From Desulfovibrio sp. (GTDB lineage Bacteria; Desulfobacterota; Desulfovibrionia; Desulfovibrionales; Desulfovibrionaceae), in assembly GCA_031548905.1 (NCBI GenBank), contig JAVBQP010000034.1, positions 46,746 through 110,745 of the forward strand: DNA of 64,000 nucleotides, written 5' to 3'. Within the stretch, counting starts at the first letter, position 1. Each line of letters begins with the position of its first letter. Position numbers and translations under genes: made by a program. The notes under the pieces are model-generated. The model ran no database searches. It saw only the letters and a list, made by a program, of their open reading frames with translations, and was not told the DNA's origin. Of this stretch, positions 26,200 through 35,362 are shown piece after piece.

Positions 26200-26631
26200 A
26201 TGCGCATCGGCAGTTCCGTTTCGGCCACCCAGGGCCTTGAGTTGTTCGGTTCCGGCCGCTCCCGGCGCGAACCGGGGCAGGCAGCCGCGTATCCTTTGGG
26301 CGACACGGCCGACATTTCCGCCGCCGCCCGCGAGGCCTACGCCGCCTGGCGCCGGCCGGCCGGGACGGATCAAAAGGAAGATTCCGGGGAAGGGCGACAG
26401 GCCCGCCTCGATTTTGCCGAGTACATGAAAGAGGCTCGGGGCGAGGTCGCCGATCCGGACGAAGATCCCGTCGAGCGGCTTAAAAAGATGATTGAGAAGT
26501 TGGAAAAGAAACTCGAGTCCGCCGGCAAGAGCGATTTGCCCGCCGAGACCAAAGGGGCCACGATGGAGGCTCTGCACGAGCAGATCAGTTCGCTGCGCAA
26601 AGACTTCCTGCAGTTAACCAAAGGCGCTTGA
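26200..26631 (+). CDS. Hypothetical small acidic protein
   Basis: ATG at 26200 preceded by GGAGG. 143 aa with a C-terminal helical KKMIEKLEKKLE segment. No family recognised. Confidence 0.55.
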   Translation: MRIGSSVSATQGLELFGSGRSRREPGQAAAYPLGDTADISAAAREAYAAWRRPAGTDQKEDSGEGRQARLDFAEYMKEARGEVADPDEDPVERLKKMIEKLEKKLESAGKSDLPAETKGATMEALHEQISSLRKDFLQLTKGA

Positions 26632-26646
26632 GCGGGGGCCTGAATA

Positions 26647-26688
26647 CCGTACAGCCCCGGACGCGAGAAAGCGTCCGGGGCTGTACGG
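26647..26688. terminator. Bidirectional terminator hairpin between convergent genes
   Basis: 18-bp perfect stem CCGTACAGCCCCGGACGC / GCGTCCGGGGCTGTACGG with a GAGAAA loop. Confidence 0.6.
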
Positions 26689-26700
26689 CGTTTGCCGGTC

Positions 26701-27504
26701 CTATTCCGTCGGAGGAGGTGTCTCCCGGCCCAGGAAGCGCAGCAGCCCGTCCAGAATCGTGTACGGGTGCGGCACGCAGCCGGGAATGAACAGATCCACG
26801 TCCAGGTGCTCGGCCGCGCCGTAATTCCGCTGTGGGGAGTTCTGCCCTTCTTTGGGAGCGAAGACCCCGCCGGAAACCGCGCAGGCCCCCACGGCAATGA
26901 CCACGCGGGGTTTGGAGATGGCCCGATCCGCCTTGATCAGGGCGTCGTGCATGTTGCGCGGCACCGTGCCGGAAATGACCAGGGCGTCCGCGTGCCGGGG
27001 CGAGGCCGTGTAGTCCATGCCGAAGCGCGGCAGGTCGAAGACGATGGTCCCGAGCACGTTGAGGTCGGCCTCGCAGGCCCCGCAGCCCGCGGCCGAAACC
27101 TGGCGCAGCTTGAAGGAGCGGGTGAAGGCTCCGTCCACTTCGCGCGTGGGCTCGACATGCGGCGGTCCGTCGTTGCCGGGGGAAAGGATCAGATCCTCGC
27201 GCCGGCTTGCCGCCAGGCGCCAATCGCGGCTGAAGCGCAGGGCTCCGGCCGGGGCCGTCTCGGCGCAACGGCCGCAGAACAGACAGCGGCCCATGTCGAG
27301 GGCGGGAAGGGCTCCGCTCAGGCTGAGGGCTCCGGAGGGGCACCCGGTCACGGCCGCGGCCCAATCGACCGGGGTCAGGCGGGCGCAGACGGTCGCGTCA
27401 AAAGCCGGCCGGCCGCGATAGCGCTCCGGCAACACCGGGGCCGAGGCCGGGAAGGGCACGGTCCGGGTCTTGCGGCGCAGGCGTTCAAAGAGAATGTCCA
27501 GCAT
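26701..27504 (-). CDS. Group-4 hydrogenase-like small subunit (NuoB/HycG-like) with an N-terminal ferredoxin-like extension (EhrS-like)
   Basis: C-terminal NuoB-like motifs GCGACEAD, GACAVSGG and PGCVPHP. The N-terminus has only one complete CxxCxxC (CLFCGRC) plus a distal CP. Confidence 0.85.
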   Translation of the reverse strand: MLDILFERLRRKTRTVPFPASAPVLPERYRGRPAFDATVCARLTPVDWAAAVTGCPSGALSLSGALPALDMGRCLFCGRCAETAPAGALRFSRDWRLAASRREDLILSPGNDGPPHVEPTREVDGAFTRSFKLRQVSAAGCGACEADLNVLGTIVFDLPRFGMDYTASPRHADALVISGTVPRNMHDALIKADRAISKPRVVIAVGACAVSGGVFAPKEGQNSPQRNYGAAEHLDVDLFIPGCVPHPYTILDGLLRFLGRETPPPTE

Positions 27505-27516
27505 AGGCGATTCCGC

Positions 27517-29049
27517 TTACAGGTCGTGGCCGCAGTACGACAGGTTGAAGCTTTTGTTGCACAGGGGGAAGTCCGAGATCTGCCGGCCGCGCAGGGCCAG
27601 GGCCAGACCCTCCCAGTTGTGGAAAGAGGGATCCACGACCTTGTAGTGATCGAAGCGACCGGCCGCGTCGGTCAGGGCCAGGTGCAGCACCTCGCCGTGC
27701 CGGGCCTCCACCAGGGCCAGGGCCAGATGCTCCGGGGCAATGGTGCGCGGCCGCTCGGCCAGGGGCGGGGTGCCGCCCTCCTCTTGGGGCAGGAGTTCCA
27801 GAACCCGCCGGCAGTAGGCGGCTGAGGCCATAATTTCGGCATGGCGGACCCGGGCCCTGGCGTTGACGTCGCCGTAGGGGAACAGGGAGAGTTCCGGGGG
27901 GGTGGGCACATCCCGCAGGGGGTGGCTGTGGCGGATGTCGCGCGGCAGGCCGCAGGCGCGGGCGGGCGGGCCGACCAGGCCGAGAGCCGCGGCTTCCTCT
28001 TTGGAGACCCCGCCGGTGCCGGAAAATCGGGCCATGACCGAGGGCGAATCCCACAGCAGGCGTACTGAACCGTCCACCTGGGCCACACAGACGTCCAGGC
28101 GGCGGAGTAAGGTATCGGCAAGCTTCCGATCCAGGTCGAAACGAACGCCGCCGGGGGTGAGCAAGCCCCGGCCGAAGCGGCTGCCGCAGATCTCGGCGGT
28201 TATGTTCAGCCAGTCGCCGCGCAGGGCGCCGCAGTGGTTCAGGGTGGAGAGAAAGCCCACGTCGCCGGCCAGGGCGCCGAGATCCCCGGTGTGCGAGGCC
28301 AGACGCTCCAGCTCCAGGGCCAGGGAGCGGATCATCTGGCCGCGCGGCGAGGGCGGGGCGTCGCCCAGGGATTCCAGCACCGTGCAATACGCGAAGGAGT
28401 GGGCCACGCTCGAGTCGCCGCACAGGGTTTCCATCAGAGCGAGAGTGCGCCCGTCCGGGCCTCCGGCGAGCATGGCTTCCACGCCCCGGTGGTGGTAACC
28501 CAACGAGATTTCCAGGTGGAGCACGGTCTCGCCCAGGCATTGGAAGCGAAAATGCCCGCACTCGATGATCCCGGCATGGATCGGCCCCACGGCGACCTCG
28601 TGGATCTCTTCGCCGTCCACACTGAAAAAGTTCGCCACGCCCACGTCCGGGCCGTCGGGGCGCTCGAAACGCACCGGGTTCAGGCGCGGGTGCCCCACGG
28701 GCACAAGACCGAAACGCTCGTGATTCTCCCGCTCGAACAAATGCAGGGCCGGGATGCGCGGGGTCAGGGAGGGGTATTCCTTTTCCACCTCGCAGGCCAC
28801 GGCAAAGATGGTTCCCTGAGCGTCGTCGATGATGATCGCCAGCAGGGTGAAGACGTCGGCTTTGCCTTTGTCGGGCAGGGCGAACAGGGCCGCGACGCGC
28901 CGGCCGGCGTCGACCTCCCGGCCGAGGAACAGGGCGAAGAACGAGAATCCGTAACGGGGAACGTCCGCAAAGGGAACGGCCCGGCCGTTTTCCAGGCGCA
29001 GGGGGGGCGGGCCGGCGGCGGCCGAATCAAAGAGGGTGACGGGTTCCAT
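27517..29049 (-). CDS. Group-4 [NiFe]-hydrogenase-like large subunit, NuoC-NuoD fusion, with degenerate NiFe-binding motifs (EhrL-like)
   Basis: HAGIIECGHFRF and GYHHRG blocks are present. The L1 motif reads CGDSSVAH (canonical CGxCxxxH) and the C-terminal motif reads SFNLSYCGHDL (canonical DPCxxCxxR). Confidence 0.85.
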   Translation of the reverse strand: MEPVTLFDSAAAGPPPLRLENGRAVPFADVPRYGFSFFALFLGREVDAGRRVAALFALPDKGKADVFTLLAIIIDDAQGTIFAVACEVEKEYPSLTPRIPALHLFERENHERFGLVPVGHPRLNPVRFERPDGPDVGVANFFSVDGEEIHEVAVGPIHAGIIECGHFRFQCLGETVLHLEISLGYHHRGVEAMLAGGPDGRTLALMETLCGDSSVAHSFAYCTVLESLGDAPPSPRGQMIRSLALELERLASHTGDLGALAGDVGFLSTLNHCGALRGDWLNITAEICGSRFGRGLLTPGGVRFDLDRKLADTLLRRLDVCVAQVDGSVRLLWDSPSVMARFSGTGGVSKEEAAALGLVGPPARACGLPRDIRHSHPLRDVPTPPELSLFPYGDVNARARVRHAEIMASAAYCRRVLELLPQEEGGTPPLAERPRTIAPEHLALALVEARHGEVLHLALTDAAGRFDHYKVVDPSFHNWEGLALALRGRQISDFPLCNKSFNLSYCGHDL

Positions 29050-29061
29050 GTCCGCCTCCGA

Positions 29062-30555
29062 TCAGGGCAGCAAGGCCGGGTAGGCCAGGGCTTCGGCGAC
29101 CCGGCGCAGGGGTTCGGGCACATACAGGCCGAGCAGCAACACCAGGGCCAGGAGCACGGCCGGGGGCGCCCAGAGCAGGGGCGATTCCGTCGGCATCGGC
29201 TCGATGCCATAGGGCGCCTTGCCCCGGCACATGCGCAGGGTGGGGGTGATCATGCCCACGAACACCACTCCGAGCAAGGCCAGAAAGGCCGGGGCCAACC
29301 AGACCGGGCCGGAGAGCCACAGGCCCTGGAGCACGGAGATTTCGCTTCCGAACACGGCGAAGGGCGGCGCGCCGGTCAGGGCCAGGATGGCGATAAGCCA
29401 GAGAATGCCGGTGCGGGGCATGACCTTGACCAAGCCGGTGACGTCGTGGCTCGATTTGGTATGGTACTTGGCCAGAATATTTCCGGCCAAAAGGAAGATC
29501 GCGCCTTTGACCAGGGAGTGGTTGATCATGTGCAGGGACCAGCCGACTCCGGCCTCGGCCCGGGCGGGGTCCAGGCCGTAGGTCGCGCCCAGGCCGAGCA
29601 GGAGAATGCCCATGTGCTCGACCCCGGAATAGGCGGGCAGGCGCTTGAAATCGCCCTGGCCCACTATGAACAGGGCGGCGATCAGCATGGAGAACAGCCC
29701 GAAGGCCGTGAGCAGGGTGGAGGCGAAATCTCCCAGCCCGGCGGCCAAGCCGACCTGGTAGGAGCGGAAAATACCCAGAAAGGCGCAGTTGAGCAAAGCC
29801 CCGGAAAGCAGGGCCGAAACGAGCGAGGGCGCTTCGGAGTGGGCGTCGGGCAGCCAGGTGTGCATGGGGGCCACGCCCATTTTGGTGCCGTAGCCGATGA
29901 ACAGAAAGACGAAGGCGGTCTTGAACCAGCCGGGGTGGACCTTGGCCGCGGCCTGGCGCAGGGCGCCCACGCTCATGTCCACCGGGCCGTTGCCCCCGGT
30001 CTGCATGGAGATGTCCAGAAGCAGGTTGCCCACCAGGGCCAGGGCAATGCCCACGGAACAGATCATCAGGTACTTCCAGGTGGCTTCCAGGGAACGCCGG
30101 TGCCGGTGGAAGTAAATCAGGGGCGCGCTGACCAGGGTGGTGGTCTCGATACCCACCCAGAGCAGCCCGAAGTGCCGGGTACAGGCCACAAGCACGGCCG
30201 CGGCCAGGAACAGGAGCAGGCAGCCGGTAAAGGTGGCTTCCGGCGCGTTGGTGAAGTGCAGGCCCTGCTGGAAGTCCTTACGCCTGCCGGAATCCTCGTC
30301 CCGCAGATAGGCCGTGGCGTAAATCGCGGCGGCCAGGAACAGGGTACAGGTGATCGACAGGACCAGCAGCCCGGCCTGATCGAGGTGGAGCAACTCCCCG
30401 CCGACGCTTGCCGGGGCGCGAAACCAGCAGGCCGCGGCCAGGAGGAACTCCGCCAGGGCCGTGAACAGGAGCAGGCAGCGCCGGGGGCCGTCGGCCTGGA
30501 TGAACCAGGCGGCGAGGGCGGCGGCAAGAGGCAGAAAAATGAGGGCGAGAAGCAT
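29062..30555 (-). CDS. Proton-conducting membrane subunit, NuoM/NuoN/HyfD-like antiporter-type
   Basis: 497-aa polytopic protein with Mrp/NuoM-type motifs (WLPDAHSEAPSLVSALLSG). Confidence 0.85.
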   Translation of the reverse strand: MLLALIFLPLAAALAAWFIQADGPRRCLLLFTALAEFLLAAACWFRAPASVGGELLHLDQAGLLVLSITCTLFLAAAIYATAYLRDEDSGRRKDFQQGLHFTNAPEATFTGCLLLFLAAAVLVACTRHFGLLWVGIETTTLVSAPLIYFHRHRRSLEATWKYLMICSVGIALALVGNLLLDISMQTGGNGPVDMSVGALRQAAAKVHPGWFKTAFVFLFIGYGTKMGVAPMHTWLPDAHSEAPSLVSALLSGALLNCAFLGIFRSYQVGLAAGLGDFASTLLTAFGLFSMLIAALFIVGQGDFKRLPAYSGVEHMGILLLGLGATYGLDPARAEAGVGWSLHMINHSLVKGAIFLLAGNILAKYHTKSSHDVTGLVKVMPRTGILWLIAILALTGAPPFAVFGSEISVLQGLWLSGPVWLAPAFLALLGVVFVGMITPTLRMCRGKAPYGIEPMPTESPLLWAPPAVLLALVLLLGLYVPEPLRRVAEALAYPALLP

Positions 30556-30564
30556 ACGCTTGGC

Positions 30565-31236
30565 CTAATCCCGTAAGCTGGAGAATCGATCCACGTCGGT
30601 GGACTCGAACTCCTGGTGAATGTGATGCACGGCAATGCCCATGACAAAGACGCCCGCCAGGATGTCCAGGAGGATGGTCATTTCCAGCCAGACCGCGTCG
30701 CTTTGGGCCATGGGCACGCCCAGAAGGTAAATGCCGTTTTCCGTGACCAGGTAGCCGAACATCTGCGCCAGGGCTCCCTTGCGGGTGACGATCAACAGCA
30801 GGCCGGTGAAAATCGTCGCTACGGCCACGGGGAAGATCAAGATGAACAACGGGTTGGCCACCGCCTCCAGCCTGCCGTTGAGCCACAGGGAGAATACGAA
30901 GCCGAACAGCCCGGCCAGAACGCACAGGGTGTTGCCGATATATGGCTTGACCGGCGGCTGGGGCGCCAACTGTCTGTAAGTGCGCAGTAACAGCAACGGC
31001 AGCAGGATGCCCTTGACGAAGGTGAACACGGCCGTCACCCCCAGGATATGCCAATCCAGGGGGCCGGAGTATACGGCCAGGGGCATCAGGCCGAGGACGA
31101 AACCCTGCACGGCCAGCAGCCGGATGCACAGGCGCCGGCGCTCGGCCGCGGGCAGGCAGAGGTTGGTCAGCACGATCAGGCCGAGCGCGGTCTGGATCAT
31201 CTCCAGGGAGGGGGCGAGCACGATATCCGCAAGCAC
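30565..31236 (-). CDS. Hydrogenase-4 component E (HyfE)-like membrane subunit
   Basis: 223-aa, roughly 7-TM protein in the position and of the size of HyfE/EhrC. Confidence 0.7.
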   Translation of the reverse strand: MLADIVLAPSLEMIQTALGLIVLTNLCLPAAERRRLCIRLLAVQGFVLGLMPLAVYSGPLDWHILGVTAVFTFVKGILLPLLLLRTYRQLAPQPPVKPYIGNTLCVLAGLFGFVFSLWLNGRLEAVANPLFILIFPVAVATIFTGLLLIVTRKGALAQMFGYLVTENGIYLLGVPMAQSDAVWLEMTILLDILAGVFVMGIAVHHIHQEFESTDVDRFSSLRD

Positions 31237-31240
31237 GTCC

Positions 31241-32182
31241 TTACCTCCAGAGCACGATGCCGGCCAGGCAGGCGAAGGCCCCGGCCAGGGTGAGGATCTG
31301 CGGTACGCGCTCCATGCGCAGGCGGGCCATGAACGATTCCACCAGGCCCACCAGCACGGTCGTGGCGATCACCACGGCCAGGCCGGAACCGATGTTGCGC
31401 AGCGCCGGGGCGAGCGCTTCCCAGGTTGCCGCCCCGGCCGGGGCAAAAGAGCGGGTGGGCAGCACGACCCCGGCGATGAGCAGGGAAAAGAGCCAGAGCT
31501 TGAGGGCGGCCGCGTATTCGACCAGGGCCAGATCCGGCCCGCTGTGATCCAGAACCATGACCTCGTGGATCATGGTCAGCTCTAGGTGGGTGTTCGGGTC
31601 GTCCGCCGGGATGCGGCAGTTTTCCGTGAGCAGGAGCAGGAACAGGGCCAGCCCGAGAAGCAGGAAAAAGGGCCGGTCCATGCTCGGGGTGGAGCTCGCG
31701 AGCATGTCCGAGAGGGAAAACCCGCCGGATTGGTACGCCAGCACGGCCATGCCCAGCAGGAAGATCGGCTCGGCCATGGCCCCGAACAACGCCTCGCGCG
31801 CGGCGCCCATGCCCTCGAAGGCGCTGCCCGTGTCCAGGGCGGCCAGGATCATGGCGAAGCGTCCCAGGGCCAGGGCCGCGCCCAGAGCCAGGAAGTCGCC
31901 CTCAAAACCCAGGGGGGCGGCGCACCCGCCGAGGGGCACCAGGAACAGCCCGACAACGACCGTGGCCAGGTTCAGGGCCGGGGCGGCCGCGAAGGCCGGG
32001 CCGGTGATGCGCGGGATGACCGGGCTTTTTTTCAGCAGTTTGTGGATGTCGTAGTACAGTTGGAGCACCGGCTTGCCGCGCCGGCCGCCCATGCGGGCCT
32101 TGACCCGGTTGATGATTCCGGGCAGGAGCGGGGCCAGGAGCAAAGCCGCGAACGGGCCGAACAAGGAAAGGGCCGTGTTCAT
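31241..32182 (-). CDS. NuoH/HycD-like membrane subunit
   Basis: ATG at 32182 overlaps the upstream stop (ATGA). The N-terminus LLPGIINRVKARMGGRRGKPVLQLYYDIHKLLKK is typical of HycD/NuoH. Confidence 0.85.
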   Translation of the reverse strand: MNTALSLFGPFAALLLAPLLPGIINRVKARMGGRRGKPVLQLYYDIHKLLKKSPVIPRITGPAFAAAPALNLATVVVGLFLVPLGGCAAPLGFEGDFLALGAALALGRFAMILAALDTGSAFEGMGAAREALFGAMAEPIFLLGMAVLAYQSGGFSLSDMLASSTPSMDRPFFLLLGLALFLLLLTENCRIPADDPNTHLELTMIHEVMVLDHSGPDLALVEYAAALKLWLFSLLIAGVVLPTRSFAPAGAATWEALAPALRNIGSGLAVVIATTVLVGLVESFMARLRMERVPQILTLAGAFACLAGIVLWR

Positions 32183-34200
32183 GACCACCCCAGCGCCCAG
32201 GTCAGGGCCAGGACCAGGGCGATCAGAATATAAAGGATATAGCCGTTCAGCAGGCCGTGCTGCATGACCTTGGCCGCGTCGGCCAGGCGGGCGGCGGGTT
32301 TGAACAGGAGCATTCCCCACAGGTTCAGCCCCCAGTCCGGGGCCTGGAACACGGCCTGGGCCCGCTGCGGGAACAGGGGGCGGAGCGTTTTGCCGTCGTC
32401 CTCAAAAGGCAGATCCATCCTAGGCCGGAGCAACCCGCGCATGACCTGCGCGGCCGAGGCCGCGAAGGAACCGCCGGAGTATTGCATCCGCGCGGAAGGC
32501 AGCCGGTAGCCGCAATCCCAGGTGATGCCCGGCTCCCAGCCCCGTTTGGCGACCAGATGCCGGCGCAGCAGCCACAGAACCAGGCCGACAAAGGCCAGCC
32601 CGGCGCAGAAAAGGGAGGCGTGGCTTAAGGTCGCGGCCACCCGGAAGATGCTCGACAGGCCGGGCGGCACCAGGCCGAGGGCGATGAAAAAGTCGGCGCA
32701 GACCTGGGAAACCAGCAGAAAGAGCACTGGCGCGGCCAGGGTCGAGACAAGGCACAGGCCGAGCAGCGCGGGCATGGCCAGGCGCACGGCCCGGCCGGGG
32801 CGCAGGCCGTACTGGGCCTCGCCGGAGCGCGGCGCGCCCAGGAAGATCAAGCCGTAAAAGCGGCTGAAGGCCATCAGGGCCAGGCCGGCCGTGCCGCCGA
32901 GCACGAACAGGCCCACCCAGTAAACAAGCACGCCTTCCCCGCCCCGCTCGGCCAATGCGCCGCTGACAAAACCGCATACAGCCAGGAATTCCCCGATGAA
33001 GCCGTTCAAGGGCGGTACTCCGGCCAGGGCGGCGCAGGCCCCGGCCATGCAGACGGCGGTGAGGGGCATACGCTTTTGCAGCCCGCCCAGGCGGCTGATC
33101 CGGGTGGTGCCGGTGCCGAGTTGCACGGCCCCGGCGCCGAGAAAGGCCAGACTCTTGAAGAGCGAATGATTCCACAGGTGCAGCAAAGCCCCGGCGGTGA
33201 AGAACAGGGCGGGCAGCTCGGCGTCGCGCAGCCCGGCGGCCAGGCCCGCGCCCAGAAGCAGACAGATCACGCCCATGTTCTCCGCCCCGGAATAGGCCAG
33301 GCCGCGCCGCAGGTCTTGCTGGGACAAAGCGAACAGTACGCCGAGCACGGCCGAGAACGCCCCCGCGCCCATCAGGGTATAAGCCCACCACATGTGCGGC
33401 TCGCCCAGCAGGGGCAGGATGCGCCACAGTCCGTAGATACCCGCGTTGATCACCGCGCCGGAGAGCACGGCGGCCACGTGGCCGGGGGCGGTGGGGTAGG
33501 CTTCGGGCATCCAGACGTGCAGGGGGGCGAGGCCCAGCTTGGCCCCGAAGCCGGCCAGGGCGGCCACAAAGAGCACGCCGGAGAGCGCCCCGCCGAGGTT
33601 CCCGGCATGGGCTGCGTAGGCGGCGAAGGTTGTGTCGCCGGCTTCGGCGCTCAGGGAGGCGAACAGGAAGAGCAGGGGCAGGGCCCCCAGGTGGGCGGCC
33701 GCGATATAAACCCAGGCCGAGGAACGTTCCTGGGCGTCCCGGTCGCGCGGGCCGAGCAGGAAGAAGGGCGCCAGGGACATGATTTCCCAGGCCGTGAGAA
33801 AGAATATGCCGTCCGCGGCCGTGACCACCAGCAGGGTCGCCAGGGCGGTCAGGCAGAAGAAAAAGCCGTGCCGGCCATAGTGCGGGCGCCCCTCCACCGT
33901 GCCGATGCCGGCGGGCAGGGTGAAAAAGGCCGCCCCGAAGACCGGGAACATGGGTAGGAGAAAGGCGGCGCTCACCGCGTCCAGGCGGAGCAGAGTCCGG
34001 CCGACGGGCAGGCCGAGGGGCAGCTCGAAGGCGATGATTTCGTTCCCCCACAAAGTCCAGGCTGCCAAACCCAAGCCAAGGGCCGAACCGGCCAGACCCA
34101 GAACGCGCACCACATGACAGGCCGCGAACCTGCGCCCGAATCCAAGGGAAAGAAGACCCGCCCCCAGGTACAACCCGAAGACGGCGCACAATACCGCCAT
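32179..34200 (-). CDS. NuoL/HyfB-like proton-conducting membrane subunit
   Basis: ATG at 34200 with a GGAG Shine-Dalgarno. About 673-aa polytopic protein with the WMPEAYPTAPGHVAAVLSG antiporter motif. First gene of the operon. Confidence 0.85.
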   Translation of the reverse strand: MAVLCAVFGLYLGAGLLSLGFGRRFAACHVVRVLGLAGSALGLGLAAWTLWGNEIIAFELPLGLPVGRTLLRLDAVSAAFLLPMFPVFGAAFFTLPAGIGTVEGRPHYGRHGFFFCLTALATLLVVTAADGIFFLTAWEIMSLAPFFLLGPRDRDAQERSSAWVYIAAAHLGALPLLFLFASLSAEAGDTTFAAYAAHAGNLGGALSGVLFVAALAGFGAKLGLAPLHVWMPEAYPTAPGHVAAVLSGAVINAGIYGLWRILPLLGEPHMWWAYTLMGAGAFSAVLGVLFALSQQDLRRGLAYSGAENMGVICLLLGAGLAAGLRDAELPALFFTAGALLHLWNHSLFKSLAFLGAGAVQLGTGTTRISRLGGLQKRMPLTAVCMAGACAALAGVPPLNGFIGEFLAVCGFVSGALAERGGEGVLVYWVGLFVLGGTAGLALMAFSRFYGLIFLGAPRSGEAQYGLRPGRAVRLAMPALLGLCLVSTLAAPVLFLLVSQVCADFFIALGLVPPGLSSIFRVAATLSHASLFCAGLAFVGLVLWLLRRHLVAKRGWEPGITWDCGYRLPSARMQYSGGSFAASAAQVMRGLLRPRMDLPFEDDGKTLRPLFPQRAQAVFQAPDWGLNLWGMLLFKPAARLADAAKVMQHGLLNGYILYILIALVLALTWALGWS

Positions 34201-34417
34201 AACGACTCCGCCGCGCAAAAAATCGGATGCCGAACCGGGCGGCCGGCCCGGTGAATCATCCGACAAGGCCATACTCCTGAGCGGGCGCAAAGACAAGGGG
34301 GTTTTTGCGGTATGTTCGGAGGGATGCCGGAGGGGCTATGCAATATTGCCCCTCGGGCAGAAGCGGGATATCGTCGCTGCCGGTGCCGATGAGCAGTATG
34401 TGGGAGCGAATATCGAC

Positions 34418-35362
34418 ATGGCAAAAACCGAGAGACCCGGCAATGCGACAATCTACCGGCCGCGCCTTCTGGAGCATCTCGACGCGTTCGAGGCGCATCG
34501 TCGCAGCGGCGCTCTGCGCGGGCAGGCCTTGGAACTGGCCGCGATGACCCGGCTGCTCTGGAACCTGGGCGGCACCCTCCTGCCCGACCCCGGCCTGAAA
34601 AGCGCCGAGGCGCGGATTCTCGCCTATCTGAAGCGGCACGTCGGCGTGGTGCTCGCCGGCGATGAACTGATGGCCGTGGCCGGAATTTCGGAGTACGCCC
34701 GGCGCATCCGCGAGCTGCGGGTACAGGGCGGCTGGAAAATCCTCAGCGGCATGACCTTGCAGAACATGGAGCCGGAGGAGCTTGAGGAGCTGTTCGGGGG
34801 CGAAACGCCGCGCCTCAGGCCGGATCAGTATATTTTGCTCTCGGACGAGGAGGATGTTGAGGCGGCCCAACGCTGGCGGGCGGCCAACACGATCCGCAAG
34901 GACAAGAACCTGAGCGCGCGGAACAAGATCCTGAAATATCTGCGCGCGTTCGTCGGCAAAGATCTCTCGGGCGAAGAGCTGCGCTACGTGGCCGGCAACA
35001 AGACGGAGTGGGCCAGGCGGACCCGGGAGCTACGAACCGAGCATGGCTGGCCCGTGCTGACCCGATTGACCGGTAGGCCCGATCTGCCTGTGGGCGTATA
35101 TGTTCTGGAAGAGGACCGGCAGGGGCCGGAGCATGACCGGAAGATTCCGGACCCGGTCTATCGGGCGGTGCTGCTTCGCGACAATCACACCTGCCAAGAT
35201 TGCGACTGGACCCACGCCCAGTGGAGCCGCTCGTTGCCGCGCCACCTGGAGCTGCACCATATAACGGAACACGCCGCCGGGGGCGCGAACACGGCCGAGA
35301 ATCTGATCACCCTTTGCAACGCCTGCCACGACGAGCGGCACCGGCCTTCAGGGCATCCATAA
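34418..35362 (+). CDS. HNH endonuclease with two N-terminal winged-helix-like repeats (candidate restriction endonuclease)
   Basis: C-terminal HNH motif HLELHHITEHAAGGANTAENLITLCNACHDERH. Two paralogous segments: ILAYLKRHVG..ARRIRELRVQGGW and ILKYLRAFVG..ARRTRELRTEHGW. Confidence 0.85.
   Translation: MAKTERPGNATIYRPRLLEHLDAFEAHRRSGALRGQALELAAMTRLLWNLGGTLLPDPGLKSAEARILAYLKRHVGVVLAGDELMAVAGISEYARRIRELRVQGGWKILSGMTLQNMEPEELEELFGGETPRLRPDQYILLSDEEDVEAAQRWRAANTIRKDKNLSARNKILKYLRAFVGKDLSGEELRYVAGNKTEWARRTRELRTEHGWPVLTRLTGRPDLPVGVYVLEEDRQGPEHDRKIPDPVYRAVLLRDNHTCQDCDWTHAQWSRSLPRHLELHHITEHAAGGANTAENLITLCNACHDERHRPSGHP

Noticed and set aside
34322-34340. Possible att-like direct repeat (TGCCGGAGG) of the tRNA-Leu 3-prime end, bounding the R-M/HEPN islet.
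   Set aside because: Only 9 contiguous matching nt (13/20 overall). A match of that length is expected by chance in 64 kb of GC-rich sequence, and no integrase is present.
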